A DNA stretch of 64,000 nucleotides, from the NCBI GenBank assembly GCA_965235115.1, contig OZ249436.1, positions 12,092,001 to 12,156,000 on the forward strand, read 5' to 3'. Numbering within the stretch: the first letter of the stretch is position 1; the number at the start of each line of letters is the position of its first letter. This document shows, one piece after another, positions 52,101 through 64,000 of this stretch. Source of the stretch: Laetmonice hystrix. Its lineage: Eukaryota. The notes below the pieces were generated by a model that worked only from the letters and a program-made list of their open reading frames with translations, made no database searches and had not been told where the DNA came from. Position numbers and translations under genes: made by a program.

Positions 52101-55100
52101 CCTTTACGGCAAACAGCTATTTAGACTACCTGACAACGTTGTCGGGCGCTAACAGATGGTCTGTAGTGGACAGACATTAGATGGGAGTAAATGATAGACC
52201 AAACGTATGGCCTGCCTCCTGGACAATACAGGCATGGAAACATGAAACATGAAGCGTCCTTATACTACTGGCTACTGTCGTATAGAAGCAGACAGTACAG
52301 TGAGGCCAAAGAGTACAGGGAGGGCAAAGAGTACTGTGAGGAATCCCTGCTAACCTAGTACCCAAGCGAAATCTACAGTGAGGCCAAGCACTACAGTGAG
52401 GCTAAACAGCATACTATCGGGCCAAGCAGTGTGGGAGGCCAAACAATGCAGTGATACTCCCTACATCTTACGGCAACCCTAGTACCAAAGCAAAGAGTAC
52501 AGTGAGGCAGTGGAAATGAAAGGTACAGAGGAGGAGCATCTACTGTTAAAATTTTGAGAAAATACTGAAATGTGAAGTATACATATCACAACCATTTCAG
52601 TATTTTCTCCAAAGCGAACGTACGAGACCTATACGGTTGACCGTTATACATCTGGCCTAAGATTAATAATTTTTGGGCCGTAGTTTCAATTTGACGTATC
52701 AAAAATGTAGCCAATTTTCGCTTATAATTGCATTAACCTGTCTTTCGCCTAAGGGTCACATGTGCCTGCCAGCCCGGCCAGGTATACGTGGTGATTCCAC
52801 CGGTAGCCGGAAGGTGGCAGTGCAGTCGCAGCCGACGCTTCAGTACAGTACCCTGGTGTTTCCCTGCAGCATCTCTGTAATCTTTTTTTAGTTGGGGATG
52901 GAATATCTGGTATAAGAAAGGCGTACAAGGTCATTTGCATTGTTAATTAAACCTTTACGGCAAACAGCTATTTAGACTACCTGACAACGTTGTCGGGCGC
53001 TAACAGATGGTCTGTAGTGGACAGACATTAGATGGGATTAAATCATAGACCAAACGTATGGCCTGTCTCCTGGACAATACAAGCATGGAAACATGAAACA
53101 TGAAGCGTCCTTATACTACTGGCTACTGTCGTATAGAAGCAAACAGTACAGTGAGGCCAAAGAGTACATGGAGGGCAAAGAGTACTGTGAGGAATCCCTG
53201 CTAACCTAGTACCCAAGCGAACACTACAGTGAGGCCAAGCACTACAGTGAGGCTAAACAGCATACTGTCGGGCCAAACAGTGTGGGAGGCCAAACAGTAC
53301 AGTGAGGACTCCCTACATCTTACCGGCTGGCCTAGTACCAATGCAAACAGTACAGTGAGAAAGTGGAAATGAAAGGTACAGACGAGGAGCATCTAATGTT
53401 AAAATTTTGAGAATATACTGAAATGTGAAGTATACAGATCACAACCATTTCAGTATTTTCTCCAAAGCGAACGTACGAGACCTATGCGGTTGACCGTTAT
53501 ACATCTGGCCTAAGAATCATAATTTTGGGGCCGTAGTTTCAATTTGACGTATCAAAAATGTAGCCAATTTTCGCTTATAATTGCATTAACCTGTCTTTCG
53601 CCTAAGGGTCACATGTGCCTGCCAGCCCGGCCAGGTATACGTGGTGATTCCACCGGTAGCCGGAAGGTGGCAGTGCAGTCGTAGCCGACGCTTCAGTACA
53701 GTACCCTGGCGTTTCCCTACAACATCTCTGTAATCTTTTTTTAGTTGGGGATGGGATATCTGATATAAGAAAGGCGTACAAGGTCATTTGCATTGTTAAT
53801 TAAACCTTTACGGCAAACAGCTATTTAGACTACCTGACAACGTTGTCGGGCGCTAACAGATGGTCTGTAGTGGACAGACATTAGATGGGAGTAAATGATA
53901 GACCAAACGTATGGCCTGCCTCCTGGACAATACAGGCATGGAAACATGAAACATGAAGCGTCCTTATACTACTGGCTACTGTCGTATAGAAGCAGACAGT
54001 ACAGTGAGGCCAAAGAGTACAGGGAGGGCAAAGAGTACTGTGAGGAATCCCTGCTAACCTAGTACCCAAGCGAAATCTACAGTGAGGCCAAGCACTACAG
54101 TGAGGCTAAACAGCATACTATCGGGCCAAGCAGTGTGGGAGGCCAAACAATGCAGTGATACTCCCTACATCTTACGGCAACCCTAGTACCAAAGCAAAGA
54201 GTACAGTGAGGCAGTGGAAATGAAAGGTACAGAGGAGGAGCATCTACTGTTAAAATTTTGAGAAAATACTGAAATGTGAAGTATACATATCACAACCATT
54301 TCAGTATTTTCTCCAAAGCGAACGTACGAGACCTATACGGTTGACCGTTATACATCTGGCCTAAGATTAATAATTTTTGGGCCGTAGTTTCAATTTGACG
54401 TATCAAAAATGTAGCCAATTTTCGCTTATAATTGCATTAACCTGTCTTTCGCCTAAGGGTCACATGTGCCTGCCAGCCCGGCCAGGTATACGTGGTGATT
54501 CCACCGGTAGCCGGAAGGTGGCAGTGCAGTCGCAGCCGACGCTTCAGTACAGTACCCTGGTGTTTCCCTGCAGCATCTCTGTAATCTTTTTTTAGTTGGG
54601 GATGGAATATCTGGTATAAGAAAGGCGTACAAGGTCATTTGCATTGTTAATTAAACCTTTACGGCAAACAGCTATTTAGACTACCTGACAACGTTGTCGG
54701 GCGCAAACAGATGGTCTGTAGTGGACAGACATTAGATGGGATTAAATCATAGACCAAACGTATGGCCTGTCTCCTGGACAATACAAGCATGGAAACATGA
54801 AACATGAAGCGTCCTTATACTACTGGTTACTGTCGTATAGAAGCAAACAGTACAGTGAGGCCAAAGAGTACATGGAGGGCAAAGAGTACTGTGAGGAATC
54901 CCTGCTAACCTAGTACCCAAGCGAACACTACAGTGAGGCCAAGCACTACAGTAAGGCTAAACAGCATACTGTCGGGCCAAGCAGTGTGGGAGGCCATACA
55001 GTACAGTGATACTCCCTACATCTTACGGCAACCCTAGTACCAAAGCAAACAGTACAGTGAGGCAGTGGAAATGAAAGGTACAGACGAGGAGCATCTAATG

Positions 55101-58100
55101 TTAAAATTTTGAGAAAATACTGAAATGTGAAGTATACATATCACAACCATTTCAGTATTTTCTCCAAAGCGAACGTACGAGACCTATACGGTTGACCGTT
55201 ATACATCTGACCTAAGAATAATAATTTTTGGGCCGTAGTTTCAATTTGACGTATCAAAAATGAAACCATTTTTCGCTTATAATTGCATTAACCTGTCTTT
55301 CGCCTAAGGGTCGCAGGTGCCTGCTAGCACGGCCAGGTATACGTGGTGATTCCACCGGTAGCCGGAAGGTGGCAGTGCAGTCGCAGCCGACGCTTCAGTA
55401 CAGTACCCTGGTGTTTCCCTGCAACATCTCTGTAATCTTTTTTTAGTTGGGGATGGGATATCTGAAATAAGAAAGGCGTACAAGGTCATTTGCATTGTTA
55501 ATTAAACATTTACGGCAAACAGCTATTTGGACTACCTGACAACGTTGTCGGGCGCTTACAGATGGTCTGTAGGGGACAGACATATTAGATGGGAGTAAAT
55601 GATAGAGCAAACGTATGGCCTGCCTCCTGGACAATACAGGCATGGAAACATGAAACATGAAGCGTCCTTATACTACTGGCTACTGTCGTATAGAAGCAAA
55701 CAGTACAGTGAGGCCAAAGAGTACAGGGAGGGCAAAGAGTACTGTGAGGAATCCCTGCTAACCTAGTACCCAAGCGAACACTACAGTGAGGCCAAGCACT
55801 ACAGTGAGGCTAAACAGCATACTATCGGGCCAAGCAGTGTGGGAGGCCAAACAATGCAGTGATACTCCCTACATCTTACGGCAACCCTAGTACCAAAGCA
55901 AAGAGTACAGTGAGGCAGTGGAAATGAAAGGTACAGAGGAGGAGCATCTAATGTTAAAATTTTGAGAAAATACTGAAATGTGAAGTATACATATCACAAC
56001 CATTTCAGTATTTTCTCCAAAGCGAACGTACGAGACCTATACGGTTGACCGTTATACATCTGACCTAAGAATAATAATTTTTGGGCCGTAGTTTCAATTT
56101 GACGTATCAAAAATGAAACCACTTTTCGCTTATAATTGCATTAACCTGTCTTTCGCCTAAGGGTCGCAGGTGCCTGCCAGCACGGCCAGGTATACGTGGT
56201 GATTCCACCGGTAGCCGGAAGGTGGCAGTGCAGTGGCAGCCGACGCTTCAGTACAGTACCCTGGTGTTTCCCTGCAACATCTCTGTAATCTTCTTTTAGT
56301 TGGGGATGGGATATCTGATATAAGAAAGGCGTACAAGGTCATTTGCATTGTTAATTAAACCTTTACGGCAAACAGCTATTTGGACTACCTGACAACGTTG
56401 TCGGGCGCTTACAGTTGGACTGTAGGGGACAGACATTTGATGGGAGTAAATGATAGAGCAAACGTATGGCCTGCCTCCTGGACAATACAGGCATGGAAAC
56501 ATGAAACATGAAGCGTTCTTATACTACTGGCTACTGTCGTATAGAAGCAAACAGTACAGTGAGGCCAAAGAGTACAGGGAGGGCAAAGAGCACTGTGAGG
56601 AATCCCTGCTAACCTAGTACCCAAGCGAACACTACAGTGAGGCCAAGCACTACAGTGAGGCTAAACAGCATACTGTCGGGCCAAGCAGTGTGGGAGGCCA
56701 AACAGTACAGTGATACTCCCTACATGTAACGGCAACCCTAGTACCAAAGCAAACAGTACAGTGAGTCAGTGAAAATGAAAGGTACAGACGAGGAGCATCT
56801 AATGTTAAAATCTTTGAGAAAATACTGAAATGTGAAGTATACATATCACAACCATTTCAGTATTTTCTCCAAAGCGAACGTACGAGACCTATACGGTTGA
56901 CCGTTATACATCTGACCTAAGAATAATAATTTTTGGGCCGTAGTTTCAATTTGACGTATCAAAAATGAAACCATTTTTCGCTTATAATTGCATTAACCTG
57001 TCTTTCGCCTAAGGGTCGTAGGTGCCTGCTAGCACGGCCAGGTATACGTGGTGATTCCATCGGTAGCCGGAAGGTGGCAGTGCAGTCGCAGCCGACGCTT
57101 CAGTACAGTACCCTGGTGTTTCCCTGCAACATCTCTGTAATCTTTTTTTTAGTTGGGGATGGGATATCTGATATAAGAAAGGCGGACAAGGTCATTTGCA
57201 TTGTTAATTAAGCATTTACGGCAAACAGCTATTTGGACTACCTGACAACGTTGTCGGGCGCTTACAGATGGTCTGTAGGGGACAGACATTTGATGGGAGT
57301 AAATGATAGACCAAACGTATGGCCTGCCTCCTGGACAATACGAGCATGGAAACATGAAACATGAAGTGTCCTTATACTACTGGCTACTGTCGTATAAAAG
57401 CAAACAGTACAGTGAGGCCAAAGAGTACAGGGAGGGCAAAGAGTACTGTGAGGAATCCCTGCTAACCTAGTACCCAAGCGAACACTACAGTGAGGCCGAG
57501 CGCTACAGTGAGGCTAAACAGCATACTGTCGGGCCAAGCAGTGTGGGAGGCCAAACAGTACAGTGATACTCCCTACATCTTACGGCAACCCTAGTACCAA
57601 AGCAAACAGTAGAGTGAGGCAGTGAAAATGAAAGGTACAGACGAGGAGCATCTAATGTTAAAATTTTGAGAAAATACTGAAATGTGAAGTATACATATCA
57701 CAACCATTTCAGTATTTTCTCCAAAGCGAACGTACGAGACCTATACGGTTGACCGTTATACATCTGACCTAAGAATAATAATGTTTGGGCCGTAGTTTCA
57801 ATTTGACGTATCAAAAATGAAACCACTTTTCGCTTATAATTGCATTAACCTGTCTTTCGCCTAAGGGTCGCAGGTGCCTGCCAGCACGGCCAGGTATACG
57901 TGGTGATTCCACCGGTAGCCGGAAGGTGGCAGTGCAGTGGCAGCCGACGCTTCAGTACAGTACCCTGGTGTTTCCCTGCAACATCTCTGTAATCTTCTTT
58001 TAGTTGGGGATGGGATATCTGATATAAGAAAGGCGGACAAGGTCATTTGCATTGTTAATTAAACATTTACGGCAAACAGCTATTTGGACTACCTGACAAC

Positions 58101-61100
58101 GTTGTCGGGCGCTTACAGATGGTCTGTAGGGGACAGACATTTGATGGGAGTAAATGATAGACCAAACGTATGGCCTGCCTCCTGGACAATACAAGCATGG
58201 AAACATGAAACATGAAGCGTCCTTATACTACTGGCTACTGTCGTAAAAAAGCAAACAGTACAGTGAGGCCAAAGAGTACAGGGAGGGCAAAGAGTACTGT
58301 GAGGAATCCCTGCTAACCTAGTACCCAAGCGAACACTACAGTGAGGCCGAGCGCTACAGTGAGGCTAAACAGCATACTGTCGGGCCAAGCAGTGTGGGAG
58401 GCCAAACAGTACAGTGATACTCCCTACATCTTACGGCAACCCTAGTACCAAAGCAAACAGTAGAGTGAGGCAGTGAAAATGAAAGGTACAGACGAGGAGC
58501 ATCTAATGTTAAAATTTTGAGAAAATACTGAAATGTGAAGTATACATATCACAACCATTTCAGTATTTTCTCCAAAGCGAACGTACGAGGCCTATACGGT
58601 TGACCGTTATACATCTGACCTAAGAATAATAATTTTTGGGCCGTAGTTTCAATTTGACGTATCAAAAATGAAACCACTTTTCGCTTATAATTGCATTAAC
58701 CTGTCTTTCGCCTAAGGGTCGCAGGTGCCTGCCAGCACGGCCAGGTATACGTGGTGATTCCACCGGTAGCCGGAAGGTGGCAGTGCAGTGGCAGCCGACG
58801 CTTCAGTACAGTACCCTGGTGTTTTCCTGCAACATCTCTGTAATCTTTTTTTTAGTTGGGGATGGGATATCTGATATAAGAAAGGCGTACTAGGTCATTT
58901 GCATTGTTAATTAAACCTTTACGGCAAACAGCTATTTGGACTACCTGACAACGTTGTCGGGCACTTACAGTTGGTCTGTAGGGGACAGACATTTGATGGG
59001 AGTAAATGATAGAGCAAACGTATGGCCTGCCTCCTGGACAATACAGGCATGGAAACATGAAACATGAAGCGTTCTTATACTACTGGCTACTGTCGTATAG
59101 AAGCAAACAGTACAGTGAGGCCAAAGAGTACAGGGAGGGCAAAGAGTACTGTGAGGAATCCCTGCTAACCTAGTACCCAAGCGAACACTACAGTGAGGCC
59201 AAGCACTACAGTGAGGCTAAACAGCATACTGTCGGGCCAAACAGTGTGGGAGGCCAAACAGTACAGTGAGGACTCCCTACATCTTACCGGCTGGCCTAGT
59301 ACCAATGCAAACAGTACAGTGAGAAAGTGGAAATGAAAGGTACAGACGAGGAGCATCTAATGTTAAAATTTTGAGAATATACTGAAATGTGAAGTATACA
59401 GATCACAACCATTTCAGTATTTTCTCCAAAGCGAACGTACGAGACCTATGCGGTTGACCGTTATACATCTGGCCTAAGAATCATAATTTTGGGGCCGTAG
59501 TTTCAATTTGACGTATCAAAAATGTAGCCAATTTTCGCTTATAATTGCATTAACCTGTCTTTCGCCTAAGGGTCACATGTGCCTGCCAGCCCGGCCAGGT
59601 ATACGTGGTGATTCCACCGGTAGCCGGAAGGTGGCAGTGCAGTCGTAGCCGACGCTTCAGTACAGTACCCTGGTGTTTCCCTACAACATCTCTGTAATCT
59701 TTTTTTAGTTGGGGATGGGATATCTGATATAAGAAAGGCGTACAAGGTCATTTGCATTGTTAATTAAACCTTTACGGCAAACAGCTATTTAGACTACCTG
59801 ACAACGTTGTCGGGCGCTAACAGATGGTCTGTAGTGGACAGACATTAGATGGGAGTAAATGATAGACCAAACGTATGGCCTGCCTCCTGGACAATACAGG
59901 CATGGAAACATGAAACATGAAGCGTCCTTATACTACTGGCTACTGTCGTATAGAAGCAGACAGTACAGTGAGGCCAAAGAGTACAGGGAGGGCAAAGAGT
60001 ACTGTGAGGAATCCCTGCTAACCTAGTACCCAAGCGAAATCTACAGTGAGTCCAAGCACTACAGTGAGGCTAAACAGCATACTATCGGGCCAAGCAGTGT
60101 GGGAGGCCAAACAATGCAGTGATACTCCCTACATCTTACGGCAACCCTAGTACCAAAGCAAAGAGTACAGTGAGGCAGTGGAAATGAAAGGTACAGAGGA
60201 GGAGCATCTACTGTTAAAATTTTGAGAAAATACTGAAATGTGAAGTATACATATCACAACCATTTCAGTATTTTCTCCAAAGCGAACGTACGAGACCTAT
60301 ACGGTTGACCGTTATACATCTGGCCTAAGATTAATAATTTTTGGGCCGTAGTTTCAATTTGACGTATCAAAAATGTAGCCAATTTTCGCTTATAATTGCA
60401 TTAACCTGTCTTTCGCCTAAGGGTCACATGTGCCTGCCAGCCCGGCCAGGTATACGTGGTGATTCCACCGGTAGCCGGAAGGTGGCAGTGCAGTCGCAGC
60501 CGACGCTTCAGTACAGTACCCTGGTGTTTCCCTGCAGCATCTCTGTAATCTTTTTTTAGTTGGGGATGGAATATCTGGTATAAGAAAGGCGTACAAGGTC
60601 ATTTGCATTGTTAATTAAACCTTTACGGCAAACAGCTATTTAGACTACCTGACAACGTTGTCGGGCGCTAACAGATGGTCTGTAGTGGACAGACATTAGA
60701 TGGGATTAAATCATAGACCAAACGTATGGCCTGCCTCCTGGACAATACAAGCATGGAAACATGAAACATGAAGCGTCCTTATACTACTGGCTACTGTCGT
60801 ATAGAAGCAAACAGTACAGTGAGGCCAAAGAGTACATGGAGGGCAAAGAGTACTGTGAGGAATCCCTGCTAACCTAGTACCCAAGCGAACACTACAGTGA
60901 GGCCAAGCACTACAGTAAGGCTAAACAGCATACTGTCGGGCCAAGCAGTGTGGGAGGCCATACAGTACAGTGATACTCCCTACATCTTACGGCAACCCTA
61001 GTACCAAAGCAAACAGTACAGTGAGGCAGTGGAAATGAAAGGTACAGACGAGGAGCATCTAATGTTAAAATTTTGAGAAAATACTGAAATGTGAAGTATA

Positions 61101-64000
61101 CATATCACAACCATTTCAGTATTTTCTCCAAAGCGAACGTACGAGACCTATACGGTTGACCGTTATACATCTGACCTAAGAATAATAATTTTTGGGCCGT
61201 AGTTTCAATTTGACGTATCAAAAATGAAACCATTTTTCGCTTATAATTGCATTAACCTGTCTTTCGCCTAAGGGTCGCAGGTGCCTGCTAGCACGGCCAG
61301 GTATACGTGGTGATTCCACCGGTAGCCGGAAGGTGGCAGTGCAGTCGCAGCCGACGCTTCAGTACAGTACCCTGGTGTTTCCCTGCAACATCTCTGTAAT
61401 CTTTTTTTAGTTGGGGATGGGATATCTGATATAAGAAAGGCGTACAAGGTCATTTGCATTGTTAATTAAACCTTTACGGCAAACAGCTATTTGGACTACC
61501 TGACAACGTTGTCGGGCGCTTACAGTTGGTCTGTAGGGGACAGACATTTGATGGGAGTAAATGATAGAGCAAACGTATGGCCTGCCTCCTGGACAATACA
61601 GGCATGGAAACATGAAACATGAAGCGTTCTTATACTACTGGCTACTGTCGTATAGAAGCAAACAGTACAGTGAGGCCAAAGAGTACAGGGAGGGCAAAGA
61701 GTACTGTGAGGAATCCCTGCTAACCTAGTACCCAAGCGAACACTACAGTGAGGCCAAGCACTACAGTGAGGCTAAACAGCATACTGTCGGGCCAAGCAGT
61801 GTGGGAGGCCAAACAGTACAGTGATACTCCCTACATGTAACGGCAACCCTAGTACCAAAGCAAACAGTACAGTGAGTCAGTGAAAATGAAAGGTACAGAC
61901 GAGGAGCATCTAATGTTAAAATCTTTGAGAAAATACTGAAATGTGAAGTATACATATCACAACCATTTCAGTATTTTCTCCAAAGCGAACGTACGAGACC
62001 TATACGGTTGACCGTTATACATCTGACCTAAGAATAATAATTTTTGGGCCGTAGTTTCAATTTGACGTATCAAAAATGAAACCATTTTTCGCTTATAATT
62101 GCATTAACCTGTCTTTCGCCTAAGGGTCGTAGGTGCCTGCCAGCACGGCCAGGTATACGTGGTGATTCCACCGGTAGCCGGAAGGTGGCAGTGCAGTGGC
62201 AGCCGACGCTTCAGTACAGTACCCTGGTGTTTCCCTGCAACATCTCTGTAATCTTTTTTTTAGTTGGGGATGGGATATCTGATATAAGAAAGGCGGACAA
62301 GGTCATTTGCATTGTTAATTAAACATTTACGGCAAACAGCTATTTGGACTACCTGACAACGTTGTCGGGCGCTTACAGATGGTCTGTAGGGGACAGACAT
62401 TTGATGGGAGTAAATGATAGACCAAACGTATGGCCTGCCTCCTGGACAATACAAGCATGGAAACATGAAACATGAAGTGTCCTTATACTACTGGCTACTG
62501 TCGTATAAAAGCAAACAGTACAGTGAGGCCAAAGAGTACAGGGAGGGCAAAGAGTACTGTGAGGAATCCCTGCTAACCTAGTACCCAAGCGAACACTACA
62601 GTGAGGCCGAGCGCTACAGTGAGGCTAAACAGCATACTGTCGGGCCAAGCAGTGTGGGAGGCCAAACAGTACAGTGATACTCCCTACATCTTACGGCAAC
62701 CCTAGTACCAGAGCAAACAGTAGAGTGAGGCAGTGAAAATGAAAGGTACAGACGAGGAGCATCTAATGTTAAAATTTTGAGAAAATACTGAAATGTGAAG
62801 TATACATATCACAACCATTTCAGTATTTTCTCCAAAGCGAACGTACGAGACCTATACGGTTGACCGTTATATATCTGGCCTAAGAATAATAATTTTTGGG
62901 CCGTAGTTTCAATTTGACGTATTAAAAATGAAACCATTTTTCGCTTATAATAGCATTAACCTGTCTTTCGCCTAAGGGTCGCAGGTGCCTGCCAGCACGG
63001 CCAGGTATACGTGGTGATTCCACCGGTAGCCGGAAGGTGGCAGTGCAGTCGCAGCCGACGCTTCAGTACAGTACCCTGGTGTTTCCCTGCAACATCTCTG
63101 TAATCTTTTTTTAGTTGGGGATGGGATATCTGAAATAAGAAAGGCGTACAAGGTCATTTGCATTGTTAATTAAACCTTTACGGCAAACAGCTATTTAGAC
63201 TACCTGACAACGTTGTCGGGCGCTTACAGATGGTCTGTAGGGGTCAGACATATTAGATGGGAGTAAATGATAGAGCAAACGTATGGCCTGCCTCCTGGAC
63301 AATACAGGCATGGAAACATGAAACATGAAGCGTCCTTATACTACTGGCTACTGTCGTATAGAAGCAAACAGTACAGTGAGGCCAAAGAGTACAGGGAGGG
63401 CAAAGAGTACTGTGAGGAATCCCTGCTAACCTAGTACCCAAGCGAACACTACAGTGAGGCCAAGCACTACAGTGAGGCTAAACAGCATACTGTCGGGCCA
63501 AGCTAGCAGTGTGGCAGGCCAAACAGTACAGTGATACTCCCTACATCTTACGGCAACCCTAGTACCAAAGCAAACAGTACAGTGAGTCAGTGAAAATGAA
63601 AGGTACAGACGAGGAGCATCTAATATCAAATAAATATAAGATAAAATTTTGAGAAAATACTGAAATGTGAAGTATACATATCACAATCATTTCAGTATTT
63701 TCTCCAAAGCGAACGTACGAGACCTATACGGTTGACCGTTATACATCTGACCTAAGAATAATAATTTTTGGGCCGTAGTTTCAATTTGACGTATCAAAAA
63801 TGAAACCACTTTTCGCTTATAATTGCATTAACCTGTCTTTCGCCTAAGGGTCGCAGGTGCCTGCCAGCACGGCCAGGTATACGTGGTGATTCCACCGGTA
63901 GCTGGAAGGTGGCAGTGCAGTCGCAGCCGACGCTTCAGTACAGTACCCTGGTGTTTCCCTGCAACATCTCTGTAATCTTTTTTTAGTTGGGGATTGGATA

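Larger units (their letters stand above)
13676..52469 (+). repeat. 19,397-bp tandem duplication (21 monomers + 1 element): 13676-33072 and 33073-52469; junction ambiguous over 25 bp
   Basis: ORFs from 14096 to 32780 recur at exactly +19397 with identical translation. Private markers are duplicated, e.g. gtgtaaa at 16456/35853, the 108-aa ORF at 29112/48509, and the element itself. Confidence 0.95.
1..64000. repeat. Tandem satellite/macrosatellite array, ~852-bp monomer (850-855 bp), about 71-72 head-to-tail copies, interrupted only by two 1,499-bp insertions
   Basis: The same sequence recurs every ~852 bp, e.g. identical short ORFs at 323, 1175, 2880, 7139, 7992. Monomers differ only by scattered substitutions and 1-2 bp indels. 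(64000 - 2x1499)/852 = ~71.6 units. No inversions seen. Confidence 0.99.

Noticed and set aside
323..63629. About 170 short ORFs (62-108 aa) repeated in the monomers
   Set aside because: They overlap in several frames, are opened and closed at random by 1-2-bp indels and stops among near-identical monomers, and resemble no protein family I recognise. The Cys/Thr/Val richness derives from the 18-bp repeat.

Overview
The window is non-coding. It is a head-to-tail tandem array of a ~852-bp monomer (about 71-72 copies) that runs off both ends. The monomer has internal structure: an 18-bp minisatellite block, a perfect 17-bp inverted repeat and several smaller dyads. The monomer variants are arranged into nested higher-order repeats (1-, 2-, 5-, 6-, 7- and 21-monomer periods). 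The only non-satellite DNA is a ~1.5-kb non-autonomous element present twice (19212-20708 and 38609-40105). It has the architecture of a Helentron-associated/DINE-1-like element (HINE): subterminal inverted repeats, a (GTA)n microsatellite, ~146-bp central repeats, a 3' hairpin, a CTAG end and insertion into a T-run. The two copies come from one 19,397-bp tandem duplication whose junction maps to a 25-bp interval. Three observations stand out. (i) The element sits ~9 bp from an exact copy of its own subterminal repeat (GGGGATGGGAT), which is part of the satellite monomer. (ii) It carries a tRNA-Val(CAC)-like Pol III cassette. (iii) The monomer has a hairpin/hairpin/Sm-like site/hairpin layout, a speculative snRNA/SL-RNA-like candidate. 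All listed ORFs look like chance by-products of the repeat. The source is probably an invertebrate animal (inference from the HINE architecture).
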